Translations under genes and position numbers: made by a program
Shown: positions 55,139 to 64,000 of the stretch, one piece after another
Layout: each line of letters starts with the position of its first letter
How positions within the stretch are numbered: position 1 is the first letter of the stretch
The notes under the pieces: generated by a model
What the model saw: only the letters and a program-made list of their open reading frames with translations
What the model was told of the DNA's origin: nothing
Database searches by the model: none
Assembly (NCBI GenBank): GCA_016342645.1
Contig: JAEINX010000003.1
Span: 667 to 64,666 of the forward strand
DNA from: Bacteroidales bacterium
GTDB taxonomy: Bacteria; Bacteroidota; Bacteroidia; Bacteroidales; JAEINX01
Direction of reading: 5' to 3'
DNA length: 64,000 bases

Positions 55139-56233
55139 TTAAGTATAGTAAACTGCATTTGTATTTACTTCTGAAATTTGGAGTGCAAAATTAGGAAATT
55201 TTTTAATTAGAATCGAATATAATAAATCTTTTACAAATTGTTCGCTCTCAAAATGCCCTATGTCGGCAATCACAATTTTATTATCGGCTTTAAAAAAATC
55301 ATGATATTTTATATCTCCGCTAATGAAAACATCAGCATTTGAGGCTATTGCCTTATCTATTAAAAAACTTCCCGATCCTCCGCAGATTGCTATTTTTTTA
55401 ACATTTTTAGCTATTTTTTTTGAATGCCGCAGACAGTCTGCTTTGCATATTTTTTTAATACGATTTAAAAAAACAGTTTCGTCTTCACTATTTTCCAATT
55501 CTCCAATTATACCTGATCCAACATTTGCAAATTCATTTTCAAGCGGATAAATATCATAAGCAACTTCTTCGTAGGGATGAGCATCCAATAGGGCATTTAA
55601 AATTTCAGAGGTTTTATGCGTTGGGAAAATTGTTTCTATCCTAATTTCATCTTCAAAATGTAATTCATTTAATTTCCCAACAAAAGGATTTGTATTATCC
55701 GAAGCTTGAAACGACCCTTTTCCATCGGAATTGAAACTACAAGAGGAATAATTTCCAATATTTCCGGCACCGGCTTCAAATATTGCGTTGCGGACTTTTT
55801 CTGCATGCATGCTTGGGCAAAATGTAACGAGTTTTTGCAATAAACCGCTTTTTGGCGATAATATTTTCAAGTTTTTTAAACCAATTTTTTGAGCCAAAAT
55901 TGAATTCACTCCATTTATTACATTGTCAATATTTGTGTGAACACTATAAATTGCAATATCATTTTTTATTGCTTTTAATAAAATTCTTTCCACAAATGTA
56001 TTTCCGCTTAACCTTTTTAATCCTGAAAATATTAGTGGATGGTGAGAAATAATCAAATTGCATTTTTTTTGAATGGCTTCATCGATAATGGATTCGGTTA
56101 TATCAAGAGTTATTAATGCAGATTTAATAATTTTGTAACATGACCCTAATAATAGACCTGAGTTATCATAAGACTCTTGGAATGAAAGAGGTGCCAGTTC
56201 CTCGATACATTTAGTGATTTCTTTTAATTTCAT
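55139..56233 (-). CDS. Nif3-like dinuclear metal centre protein (YbgI/GTP cyclohydrolase 1 type 2 family)
   Basis: ESYDNSGLLLG...LIISHHPLIF...IYSVHTNIDN...FISGDIKYHDF. I prefer the ATG at 56233. Confidence 0.8.
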   Translation of the reverse strand: MKLKEITKCIEELAPLSFQESYDNSGLLLGSCYKIIKSALITLDITESIIDEAIQKKCNLIISHHPLIFSGLKRLSGNTFVERILLKAIKNDIAIYSVHTNIDNVINGVNSILAQKIGLKNLKILSPKSGLLQKLVTFCPSMHAEKVRNAIFEAGAGNIGNYSSCSFNSDGKGSFQASDNTNPFVGKLNELHFEDEIRIETIFPTHKTSEILNALLDAHPYEEVAYDIYPLENEFANVGSGIIGELENSEDETVFLNRIKKICKADCLRHSKKIAKNVKKIAICGGSGSFLIDKAIASNADVFISGDIKYHDFFKADNKIVIADIGHFESEQFVKDLLYSILIKKFPNFALQISEVNTNAVYYT

Positions 56234-56292
56234 AAGCAAATATTAAATTTATGAAACGACAATGTTATTAAAAAACTTTGTAATTTTAGTGC

Positions 56293-57360
56293 GTGAATAT
56301 AGTGAAAATAATATTACTTCCAATTTCATTTTTTTATGGACTAATTATGGCCATAAGAAATTTATTTTTTAATTTAAAAATCCTACGATCCAAACGTTTT
56401 AATATTCCAATTATTTCTGTCGGAAATTTATCGTTTGGTGGAACAGGAAAATCTCCGCATATTGAATATTTAATACGTTTGCTTAAGGGCAAGTATTCCC
56501 TTGCAACATTAAGCCGGGGTTATGGACGAAAAACTAAAAGATTTATTCTTGCTTCTGAAAATTCAACATCATCAGATATTGGAGATGAATCTCTGCAATA
56601 TAAAACAAAGTTTAGAGAATCTGTTAAAGTTGCTGTTGACGAAAACCGCAGAAGAGGCATTAAGATTTTGTTTAATAAATTTCCGAAACTTGATGTAATA
56701 TTACTTGATGACGCATTTCAGCACCGATGGGTTAAATCGGGACTTTCGATTTTATTAACTGATTATCACATGCTTTATTGTGATGATTATCCCCCTCCAA
56801 GCGGAACATTACGTGAATTCAGATGTGGATCAAGTAGGGCGGATATTATAATCGTAACAAAAACAACATCTGTTCTTTCACCGATCACGAGAAGGAGAAT
56901 GACCAATATTATTAAACCCAAGAATTATCAATCATTATATTTTTCTTATATAAAATATCATGATTTACGATCACTGCAAAATGAAGATATAATTCCAAAG
57001 TCAAAAAAATTTAGTACGATTTTATTATTCACGGGAATAGCAAATTCATACCCCTTGCAAGATAGATTGAGAAACAAATGCACTGATTTAATTGTAATGG
57101 AATATAAAGACCATCATAAATATTCGATAAAAGATATTTCAAAAATTAAAAAGAAATATGATGATATTTATACCAAAAATAAAATAATAATCACGACCGA
57201 AAAAGATGCAATGAGGCTTTTGCAGCCGGAATTAATTAAATTTGCAAAAGATTTGCCAATTTATTATTTTCCAATTGAAATTAAATTGCATAAAGATGAT
57301 GCTAAAAAATTTGATAAACAAATAATTGACTATGTTAAAGAAAATAAAAGAAACAACTGA
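56293..57360 (+). CDS. lpxK: Tetraacyldisaccharide 4'-kinase
   Basis: 355 aa with the VGNLSFGGTGKSP P-loop and ILLDDAFQH. GTG start. Confidence 0.85.
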   Translation: MNIVKIILLPISFFYGLIMAIRNLFFNLKILRSKRFNIPIISVGNLSFGGTGKSPHIEYLIRLLKGKYSLATLSRGYGRKTKRFILASENSTSSDIGDESLQYKTKFRESVKVAVDENRRRGIKILFNKFPKLDVILLDDAFQHRWVKSGLSILLTDYHMLYCDDYPPPSGTLREFRCGSSRADIIIVTKTTSVLSPITRRRMTNIIKPKNYQSLYFSYIKYHDLRSLQNEDIIPKSKKFSTILLFTGIANSYPLQDRLRNKCTDLIVMEYKDHHKYSIKDISKIKKKYDDIYTKNKIIITTEKDAMRLLQPELIKFAKDLPIYYFPIEIKLHKDDAKKFDKQIIDYVKENKRNN

Positions 57361-58141
57361 TTTTATAAAAAATAAAACAAACTTTGTTCCTGAGATTGGA
57401 ATTATTTTAGGTAGCGGATTGGGTGGATTATCAAACGAAATAAAAACCGAATATCATTTACCTTATGAAACTATTCCTAATTTTCCAATTTCAACTGTCG
57501 AGGGGCATAAAGGACAATTGATTTTAGGAACTCTTGGAGGTAAAAAGGTTGTCGCAATGCATGGACGTTTTCATTTTTATGAAGGCTATTCGATGGAGGA
57601 GATTACATTCCCGATTCGCATAATGAAAATGTTGGGAATAAATATGCTAATTCTTTCAAATGCAAGCGGTGGAATTAATCCAGACTTCGAAGTTGGTGAT
57701 ATAATGTTTATTACCGATCATATTAACCTAATGCCAAATCCTTTGATAGGGAAAAATGAAGACGTGTTTGGTCCTCGTTTTCCGGATATGAGCGATGCAT
57801 ATGATAGAAAAATAATTAGAAAAGCAACAAAGATTGCAAGACATTTTAATATTAAGTATCAAACCGGTGTTTATGCTGCTGCCACGGGCCCAACTTTCGA
57901 GACACCTGCTGAGTACAAATACATCAGAATTATTGGGGCCGATGCCGTAGGTATGTCAACAGTTCCTGAAGTAATAGTCGCAAAGCATATGGGATTAACC
58001 TGTTTTGCAGTTTCTGTTATTTCAGACCTTGGTATCGAAGGAAAGATTGTTGAAATTTCACATAAAGAGGTCTTGGATGCAGCAAGTTATGTCGAACCTA
58101 AAATGACTTTGATAATTAAAGAATTAATATTGACTTTGTAA
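57332..58141 (+). CDS. Purine nucleoside phosphorylase (PNP family I)
   Basis: GIILGSGLGGL...STVEGHKGQLILGTLGGKKVVAMHGRFHFYEGY...GPRFPDMS...TGPTFETPAE...GADAVGMSTVPE. I prefer the ATG at 57332. Confidence 0.85.
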   Translation: MLKKIKETTDFIKNKTNFVPEIGIILGSGLGGLSNEIKTEYHLPYETIPNFPISTVEGHKGQLILGTLGGKKVVAMHGRFHFYEGYSMEEITFPIRIMKMLGINMLILSNASGGINPDFEVGDIMFITDHINLMPNPLIGKNEDVFGPRFPDMSDAYDRKIIRKATKIARHFNIKYQTGVYAAATGPTFETPAEYKYIRIIGADAVGMSTVPEVIVAKHMGLTCFAVSVISDLGIEGKIVEISHKEVLDAASYVEPKMTLIIKELILTL

Positions 58142-58161
58142 GAGATTTTAATTTTTGCTTT

Positions 58162-58177
58162 AATCCGCTTGCGGATT
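58162..58177 (+). terminator. Short perfect hairpin after the PNP gene (terminator candidate, no T run)
   Basis: aatccgc-tt-gcggatt. Confidence 0.35.
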
Positions 58178-58330
58178 CTCTAAAGACATTAATTTCACCA
58201 ATTACTACCAGTTTTATATCACTAAAATATATGAAGTTTCTTTATTTAAAGAAATTCGTTTAAAATGGAATTGATTATTAATTTTGCATTTTATTAATGT
58301 AGAAATTAATATATTTCTTTATAAAAAATT

Positions 58331-59503
58331 ATGATAATATTTGAAGATGCATATAAATTGGTTGTAAATTCAGCAATCAAAAATGAAAACGAATACGTTG
58401 ATCTGAATAATTCCTTAAATCGCATTCTTTCGGAAGATGTGATTTCCGATATTAATATGCCTCCTTTCGATAAATCGGCTATGGATGGATATGCTTGCCG
58501 CAAGGAGGATATGCACAACGAACTACAAATAATTGAAGTAATCCCTGCCGGAAAAGTTCCAGAGAAAACAATAAAAAAAAATCTTTGTTCTAAGATTATG
58601 ACGGGAGCAATAGTTCCAGAGGGCGCCGATTGTGTGTTGATAGTTGAACACACCGAAAATATTTCGGAAAATAAAATAAAATTTATCAAAGAATCGAGCA
58701 ATAATAATATTGCTTATGCTTTAGAGGATGTAAAAAAAGGCGATATTGTTTTAAAAAAAGGAATTAAAATCCAAGCTCAACATATTGCCGTGATGGCAGC
58801 AGTTGGATACATTAAGCCCCTTGTTGCAAAGAAAGTTAAGGTAGGAATTATATCAACCGGAAACGAAATTGTTGAGCCACACATAAAACCCGGCATCTCT
58901 CAAATCAGAAACAGTAATGCTTATCAACTTATTGCACAGGCAGAACAAGCCGGAGCAATACCCGATTATATTGGAATTGCAAAGGATGATAAAAAATCAA
59001 GTTATGAATTGATTGTTAAGGCTTTTTCAAGGAATCAGCTTGTGTTAATTTCAGGAGGTGTTTCAATGGGCGACTTCGATTATATTCCCAAAATTCTTGA
59101 AGAATTAAACATTGATATTAAATTTGAAACAATTGCAATTCAACCCGGAAAACCTACAGTTTTTGGAGTAATAGGTAATCAGTTTGTTTTTGGCTTGCCG
59201 GGCAATCCGGTTTCATCATTTAATATTTTCGAGCTTTTGGTAAAACCATTTTTAAATAAAATTATGGGAGCAGATTTCAAACCAATAGAAATCAGAATGC
59301 CTATAGGAAAAGAATACAATCGCAAGAAATCATTAAGAAAATCTTTTATCCCCGTAAAAATAAGTGATGGAAGTGTCTGGCCTCTTGAATATCATGGTTC
59401 GGCACATATTTTTTCGTTTACGGAAGCCGATGGAATAATTTCTATCCCTATAGGAAAAACTTCAATTAAAAAAGGAGAAATTGTTAATGTTAGACAGATA
59501 TAA
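58331..59503 (+). CDS. moeA: Molybdopterin molybdotransferase
   Basis: 390 aa with MPPFDKSAMDGYA, ISTGNEI, LISGGVSMGDFDY and QPGKPTVFG. Confidence 0.85.
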   Translation: MIIFEDAYKLVVNSAIKNENEYVDLNNSLNRILSEDVISDINMPPFDKSAMDGYACRKEDMHNELQIIEVIPAGKVPEKTIKKNLCSKIMTGAIVPEGADCVLIVEHTENISENKIKFIKESSNNNIAYALEDVKKGDIVLKKGIKIQAQHIAVMAAVGYIKPLVAKKVKVGIISTGNEIVEPHIKPGISQIRNSNAYQLIAQAEQAGAIPDYIGIAKDDKKSSYELIVKAFSRNQLVLISGGVSMGDFDYIPKILEELNIDIKFETIAIQPGKPTVFGVIGNQFVFGLPGNPVSSFNIFELLVKPFLNKIMGADFKPIEIRMPIGKEYNRKKSLRKSFIPVKISDGSVWPLEYHGSAHIFSFTEADGIISIPIGKTSIKKGEIVNVRQI

Positions 59504-60287
59504 TCGCAAAATAAATTATTTGCGGATCTCAGTTACCGATCGCTGTAACCTGAGATGTGTTTACTGCATGCCCGAACATGGAATCAAATTGCTTAAACAT
59601 AGCGATATTTTATCTCTCGAAGAAATCACGGAAATTGCAAAAGTTGCCGTTAAATTTGGTATTGATAAAATTAGAATAACCGGTGGGGAACCTCTTGTCA
59701 GGAAAGGAATTGTTAGCCTTGTTTCCAATTTATGGGGTATTGAAGGAATAAAAGATCTTGCTATGACCACAAATGGAATTCTTTTGCATGATTTTGCAGT
59801 GAGGTTAAAAGAAGCAGGGCTTCAACGAATTAATATTAGCCTTGATACAATTAATCCGAAAACTTATGAAAAAATAACACGAGGTGGCGATATTTCAAAA
59901 GTTTTTAAAGGAATTGAAGCCGCAAAAATAGTTGGCTTAAAACCCATCAAAATAAATTGTGTTGTAATGAATTCTTCGCAAGAGAAAGATGCTGTTGAGG
60001 TTAAGGAATATTGCGAAAAGAATGATTTGAAAGTCAGATTTATTCACCAAATGAATCTTACAACCGGTGAATTTTCGGTGGTTGAAGGCGGTGATGGAGG
60101 AAATTGCCGGCGTTGCAACAGGCTTAGGCTTACTGCAAACGGGCAAATAAAACCTTGTTTATTTAACGATTTGGGCTATGATGTAAGAAAATTTGGAGCC
60201 GAAGAAGCTATTAAACTTGCCGTTGAAAATAAACCTGAATCAGGCACTTATAATCTCAGTGGCGATTTTTATAATATAGGTGGGTAG
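59487..60287 (+). CDS. moaA: GTP 3',8-cyclase (radical SAM)
   Basis: LRISVTDRCNLRCVYCMP radical-SAM cluster, a second cluster CRRCNRLRLTANGQIKPC, and a C-terminal GG. Shorter (about 266 aa) than the typical bacterial MoaA. I prefer the ATG at 59487. Confidence 0.8.
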   Translation: MLDRYNRKINYLRISVTDRCNLRCVYCMPEHGIKLLKHSDILSLEEITEIAKVAVKFGIDKIRITGGEPLVRKGIVSLVSNLWGIEGIKDLAMTTNGILLHDFAVRLKEAGLQRINISLDTINPKTYEKITRGGDISKVFKGIEAAKIVGLKPIKINCVVMNSSQEKDAVEVKEYCEKNDLKVRFIHQMNLTTGEFSVVEGGDGGNCRRCNRLRLTANGQIKPCLFNDLGYDVRKFGAEEAIKLAVENKPESGTYNLSGDFYNIGG

Positions 60288-60314
60288 AATCTATGTTATT
60301 TTTTCTTGATGAGC

Positions 60315-60440
60315 CCGGAATAAAAAGAGTTTAAATGGTTCACGCAAAGCACGCAGACGAATCGCAAAAAACGCAAAGTTTTGATTATAAACATAATTAT
60401 TTTGTGGTCTTTCTCCTATAACTCCCAGGTCATTGCATGA
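60315..60440. repeat. MITE-like intergenic element (copy 2, right arm degenerate)
   Basis: cccggaataaaaagagtttaaatggttcacgcaaagcacgcagacgaatcgcaaaaaacgcaaag...ttgattataa is collinear with 24497-24626. Confidence 0.6.
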
Positions 60441-60583
60441 AATGAGTTTATAGACCGGACTCATTGATTATTGATAACTTTTTATTTTCTTATTGTATCA
60501 TATTTTAATTTTTGTTTTCATAATATTTGATTTTAGGTTTTATATTTAAATTTTCATTTTAAAGCTTGCAGGCATCAGGTATC

Positions 60584-63500
60584 CTAATGAATATATATTT
60601 TTCCACTAACAGTTGTCTTATCTGTAAATATTCTAACGAAATAATATCCTTTGGTAAGATCAAGATTTATTGTACTTATATCTTTTGAGTATTGTTTTTC
60701 AATTATAGCTTGCCCAAGTAAGTTAAATAATTGAATTGTTCCATTACTAAATTCTTTATCAATTATATAAATTTTATTATCATAAACATAAAAACTAATG
60801 TTACTATTTTCAAGGCTTTGATCTTCAATTCCCGTTGCGTTATTAAAGTGTAATACAAAACGTTCACGAATTTGTCCTATTTGAATTATGTTAAATGAAT
60901 ATTCTTCAATTTCACGTAAATCAATCAAGCTTCCGGTTTCTTTGTCTTCTAATTTTATTGAAGTTGTTTCGTCAAAGTTCTCCGATTCTATTAATTTAAA
61001 ATTATAATTACCGGTAGTACTGACATCCAAGCCAACTTTTACTTCAACTTTTTCTGTATTTAAAGGAGGCAAAGCCTGAATTGCAAAATCAACTCCATTA
61101 TCTTCGACAAGCTTTGTGTATAAAGCAATATTGGGGTGGCCTTTCATCTTTCCAACATCGTATGATGGATCAAGCCCTAATGTCATGTTTTCATTAAAAC
61201 CAATTGCTGTTGAATTGAACAGCTCATTATTCTCAACAATTAGTTCTATCGAAGGCCATAATTCTTTAGAGTTTTTATAATAATCAACGCTTGAGTGAGC
61301 TTGCATACTTTCATTAAAAGCAAGATTACCCCCACCTGATGTTACTTTAACCATAAATGCCTGGCCGGGCTGAATATAATGTTGATCAATCCTTGTGTAT
61401 TCACCTATTGCAGCATTTGAAATTATTTTATAATCGTTTCTGCTTTCCGAATATTCAGATTGCTCATCCCAAATATATAAAGCTTGGAAGCTGTCGTCAA
61501 GTAATTCGCTGTTTTGGGTAAGAAAATTTTGTGTGGAAGAAGCACTACCCGTAATACTAAGAGCGCATGTAAATGGATTTCCTACCAGATTAAATCCCTC
61601 ACCTTTAGCTTCAGTATAAGTTGTGGCATAATTCAGATCGCTTGTTCTAATAGTTCCCGAAAAATTAAGTACTCCGGTGCCGAGTCTTGATAGACAGTAA
61701 CCTTGTGCCTGAACAAAAGTTTCATCACCAAAAGATTCCGGTTCTCCGATTGAACCATAGATGATCCAGTAATAAGTATCCTCATCCCAGCGAAAAAACT
61801 GATAGTGTCCACTTGTCTGAGCTATTGAATTTGCCGACATCCATGAATTATCGAGTGACTGGCCAGCAACAGGAGAGGAAACATAATGCCACTTGACGCT
61901 TTTACCGATTTCATCAACATGCCTTTCGAAACTTACATTGCCAATGGCATCACCTTTAACTATCATTGAACCTGTATTGCTTGCATCAAATTTAATTACT
62001 AAGCCGGTATTTCCTGCTTCATTTAGAAAATTACCTTCGACATTTAAAGTACCATAAACGTTAAGGCTTGCATGGTTTTCTATACTTAGATTATTGCATA
62101 TTGCTTCTGTTTCGCTGCTAATCTGCGGGAAATTCTCTCCAATCGGGGACTCGGGAACCGTTACATTATATTTTGTTGAAGGAACTGTATTATTATGCCA
62201 GTTAGTACTGACACTCCAATCGCCTGAAGTACTACCTGACCAGCTTATCGGACCGGGTACTATCATTACTGAATAATCTTCAACTTCACCATAATCGGTT
62301 GAACCACATGGGCTGCCGCAGTCGTTATCATCATATTTTACCCTTACCCTCATCCGGGTACTTACTAAGTTTGCATGTGTCGGTACAGCAAATGAACCTT
62401 CATAAGTACACAAGCCATTTACTTCAAGGCTTGCAACACAAATGATATTTTCATCATCATCATCAAAATCACCATCTTTGTTCCAGTCGATCCAAACTCC
62501 CAGATCATTTTGAAAGTAGCAATTTTCGATTGTTACGGTGATATTTACAGTTTCGCCAATGCCTATGTCTGTTGATTGGGCCGTATAATCGGAGTACTCG
62601 TCAGGGTCAGTTCCTGTATTGTCGATTGTTCCCATTTCAACCCCGCTTATATATTCCCATGTGCTAAGTACACTTCCTCCACTTGCTGAACAATAATTAA
62701 TATCGGTCGAAGAAATATAATCTGTTTTAGTTTCCGAATCATTCCCCTGGGCGTTTTCGGCATAAAGGGTAACTGTGTAGTCATCGATGGCATCGAAGCG
62801 TACCTGTGGATTTTGCGATGAGGAAGATGTACCTTCCATATAAGTAACCGTGGCAGGGTCGAAAGTCCATAACCAAGCGGTAGGTGAACCGGTTGAGAAG
62901 TCGGAAAATATTACTGTCTCCAAAATTGTAGGAGAGGGATTATTTACCGAAAATTCGGCTACCGGCGGGGCAGGAGGCAATTCTGTTTCCCATGCCCCAC
63001 GGCCGTATGTTCCTGCCCTCAACCGACTTTGAGCCGGATTGGCTGACATATAAAAAATTTCCAGATCGGTAACTACTACATTGGGAAGATTGGTACTATA
63101 ACTTACCCAATCGGCACTACCAACTTTCTGATAAACCCCCACATCGGTAGCAGCATACAGCTCGGTGGCCATAGTGTTTTGCAAGTTTTCAACTACATTT
63201 AAAACGGGCACGTTGGGCAAACCTGCCGAGATATTTGTCCAGATTGAACCACCATTGGTTGTTTCGTAAACACAATCGCTGTTATAATTGCCCATGCACA
63301 CCCACACTCTGTTTGCATCTGCATTACTAACGGTAAGACTTGTTATGTAAGACGTGCTTACCGGAAGGCTGCCTGTAATGTCGGCCCAGTCTGTACCTCC
63401 ATTTGTTGTTCTTCGTAGCACATCTTTCTCGCCAGCATAAATATAATCAGAGTTCGCGGGAGCTACATCAATTGACCATAAATCATTGCCGCCGAAAAGC

Positions 63501-64000
63501 CCAATTCTTATCCATGATGTCCCTCGGTTGGTCGATTTCCAAACTTCATCATCCGGAGCAAAATAAATAGTATTGTGGGCATTTGGATCAATTACCAAAG
63601 GTGTAACCCAGGCCCCCCACGGCAAACTGCCCGAAATGTAGGTGCTACTGGACCAATGGTCAGTTGTCCTGTACAGCGACCCATATTGTTTTGTTGCATA
63701 CTGTACCCATTCGGTGGTATAATCAATAGCGCAATCCATTCCATCTGCACCCAGTACATCGGTCCATGTGCCTGTAAGCTGTGCCTTTGTCCCATTGTCT
63801 TGCAGGCCACCAATCATTTCGTTCGACATAGTTTGGGCTATTGCAATCCTGTAATACTGGCTTATAACTAAACCATTGCTTAAGTCGCTCCAATTTGCAC
63901 CCCCGTTTGAAGTTTTGTAGATACCCCCATCGTTTCCCTCAAAAAGTACAGAAGTTCCATTCTGAAAGGCCAGGCAATGTTTATCGGCATGAACTGTTTC
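60584..64000 (-). CDS. Large T9SS-sorted protein, 5' end beyond the window: BNR/Asp-box propeller, PKD domain, GEVED-type domain, T9SS CTD
   Basis: I checked that the frame stays open from 63829 to 64000 (...YKTSNGGANWSDLSNG...), so the track Met is internal. BNR repeats: STNRGTSW, TTNGGTDW, TTNGGSIW. PKD-like: AEFSVNNPSP...YTVTLYAENAQGNDS. GEVEDYSV motif. CTD: FYVYDNKIYI...GYYFVRIFT...KIYIH. Confidence 0.8.
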   Translation of the reverse strand, partial: ETVHADKHCLAFQNGTSVLFEGNDGGIYKTSNGGANWSDLSNGLVISQYYRIAIAQTMSNEMIGGLQDNGTKAQLTGTWTDVLGADGMDCAIDYTTEWVQYATKQYGSLYRTTDHWSSSTYISGSLPWGAWVTPLVIDPNAHNTIYFAPDDEVWKSTNRGTSWIRIGLFGGNDLWSIDVAPANSDYIYAGEKDVLRRTTNGGTDWADITGSLPVSTSYITSLTVSNADANRVWVCMGNYNSDCVYETTNGGSIWTNISAGLPNVPVLNVVENLQNTMATELYAATDVGVYQKVGSADWVSYSTNLPNVVVTDLEIFYMSANPAQSRLRAGTYGRGAWETELPPAPPVAEFSVNNPSPTILETVIFSDFSTGSPTAWLWTFDPATVTYMEGTSSSSQNPQVRFDAIDDYTVTLYAENAQGNDSETKTDYISSTDINYCSASGGSVLSTWEYISGVEMGTIDNTGTDPDEYSDYTAQSTDIGIGETVNITVTIENCYFQNDLGVWIDWNKDGDFDDDDENIICVASLEVNGLCTYEGSFAVPTHANLVSTRMRVRVKYDDNDCGSPCGSTDYGEVEDYSVMIVPGPISWSGSTSGDWSVSTNWHNNTVPSTKYNVTVPESPIGENFPQISSETEAICNNLSIENHASLNVYGTLNVEGNFLNEAGNTGLVIKFDASNTGSMIVKGDAIGNVSFERHVDEIGKSVKWHYVSSPVAGQSLDNSWMSANSIAQTSGHYQFFRWDEDTYYWIIYGSIGEPESFGDETFVQAQGYCLSRLGTGVLNFSGTIRTSDLNYATTYTEAKGEGFNLVGNPFTCALSITGSASSTQNFLTQNSELLDDSFQALYIWDEQSEYSESRNDYKIISNAAIGEYTRIDQHYIQPGQAFMVKVTSGGGNLAFNESMQAHSSVDYYKNSKELWPSIELIVENNELFNSTAIGFNENMTLGLDPSYDVGKMKGHPNIALYTKLVEDNGVDFAIQALPPLNTEKVEVKVGLDVSTTGNYNFKLIESENFDETTSIKLEDKETGSLIDLREIEEYSFNIIQIGQIRERFVLHFNNATGIEDQSLENSNISFYVYDNKIYIIDKEFSNGTIQLFNLLGQAIIEKQYSKDISTINLDLTKGYYFVRIFTDKTTVSGKIYIH

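Noticed and set aside
58142-58330. Possible Moco riboswitch upstream of moeA-moaA
   Set aside because: The gap is AT-rich with only one short hairpin (58162-58177). I see none of the extended conserved stems I would expect. A cmsearch with RF01055 would settle it.
58306-58701. 131-aa minus-strand ORF
   Set aside because: It is antisense to the 5' third of moeA, which has clear family motifs.

Overview
Low-GC Bacteroidota-like chromosomal segment, judged from T9SS C-terminal sorting domains, TAnnTTTG-type -7 boxes, a bTHX N-terminus and a BtuB plus surface-lipoprotein locus. I support about 45 protein genes and saw no rRNA, tRNA or CRISPR array. Ordinary content: an ECF sigma factor with a GH38-like hydrolase (1.7-6.4 kb). 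Then cyclophilin, AlgH, a MurL-like/MurD-like pair, MazEF, a C1 peptidase, an AAA ATPase, an AddA-like helicase-nuclease, a GH109-like oxidoreductase and NhaP (24.6-40.4 kb). Then a cobalamin riboswitch with btuB and a beta-propeller lipoprotein (40.6-44 kb), and a K+ channel, a CPA2-TrkA antiporter and an AGCS symporter (44-49 kb). Finally TPR, Zn-ribbon/NIF3, lpxK, PNP, moeA and moaA (52.6-60.3 kb). The accessory content is the interesting part. (1) Six secreted mosaic proteins, about 15 of 64 kb, are assembled from three shuffled modules. These are an uncharacterised HF...GDEIAxFDG module, an always-paired about 75-aa IGDW module, and Fib_succ_major (TIGR02145) domains; in one member the modules are grafted onto a C25 peptidase. 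(2) Next to one family member sits a 1365-bp tandem duplication. It carries membrane-anchored AraC-type regulators plus decapitated copies of the family gene's promoter and signal-peptide codons, and an IS1595-type element with visible inverted repeats and target duplication has inserted there. (3) An IS200/RAYT-like gene is flanked by hairpins, with REP-like hairpins dispersed in the window. (4) A GC-rich 42-bp x 8 tandem repeat array of unclear nature (RNA or 14-aa repeat peptide) lies downstream of a promoter-like box. (5) Several small intergenic repeat families are present. Non-ORF coordinates were indexed by hand and may be off by a few nucleotides. No searches or folds were run.
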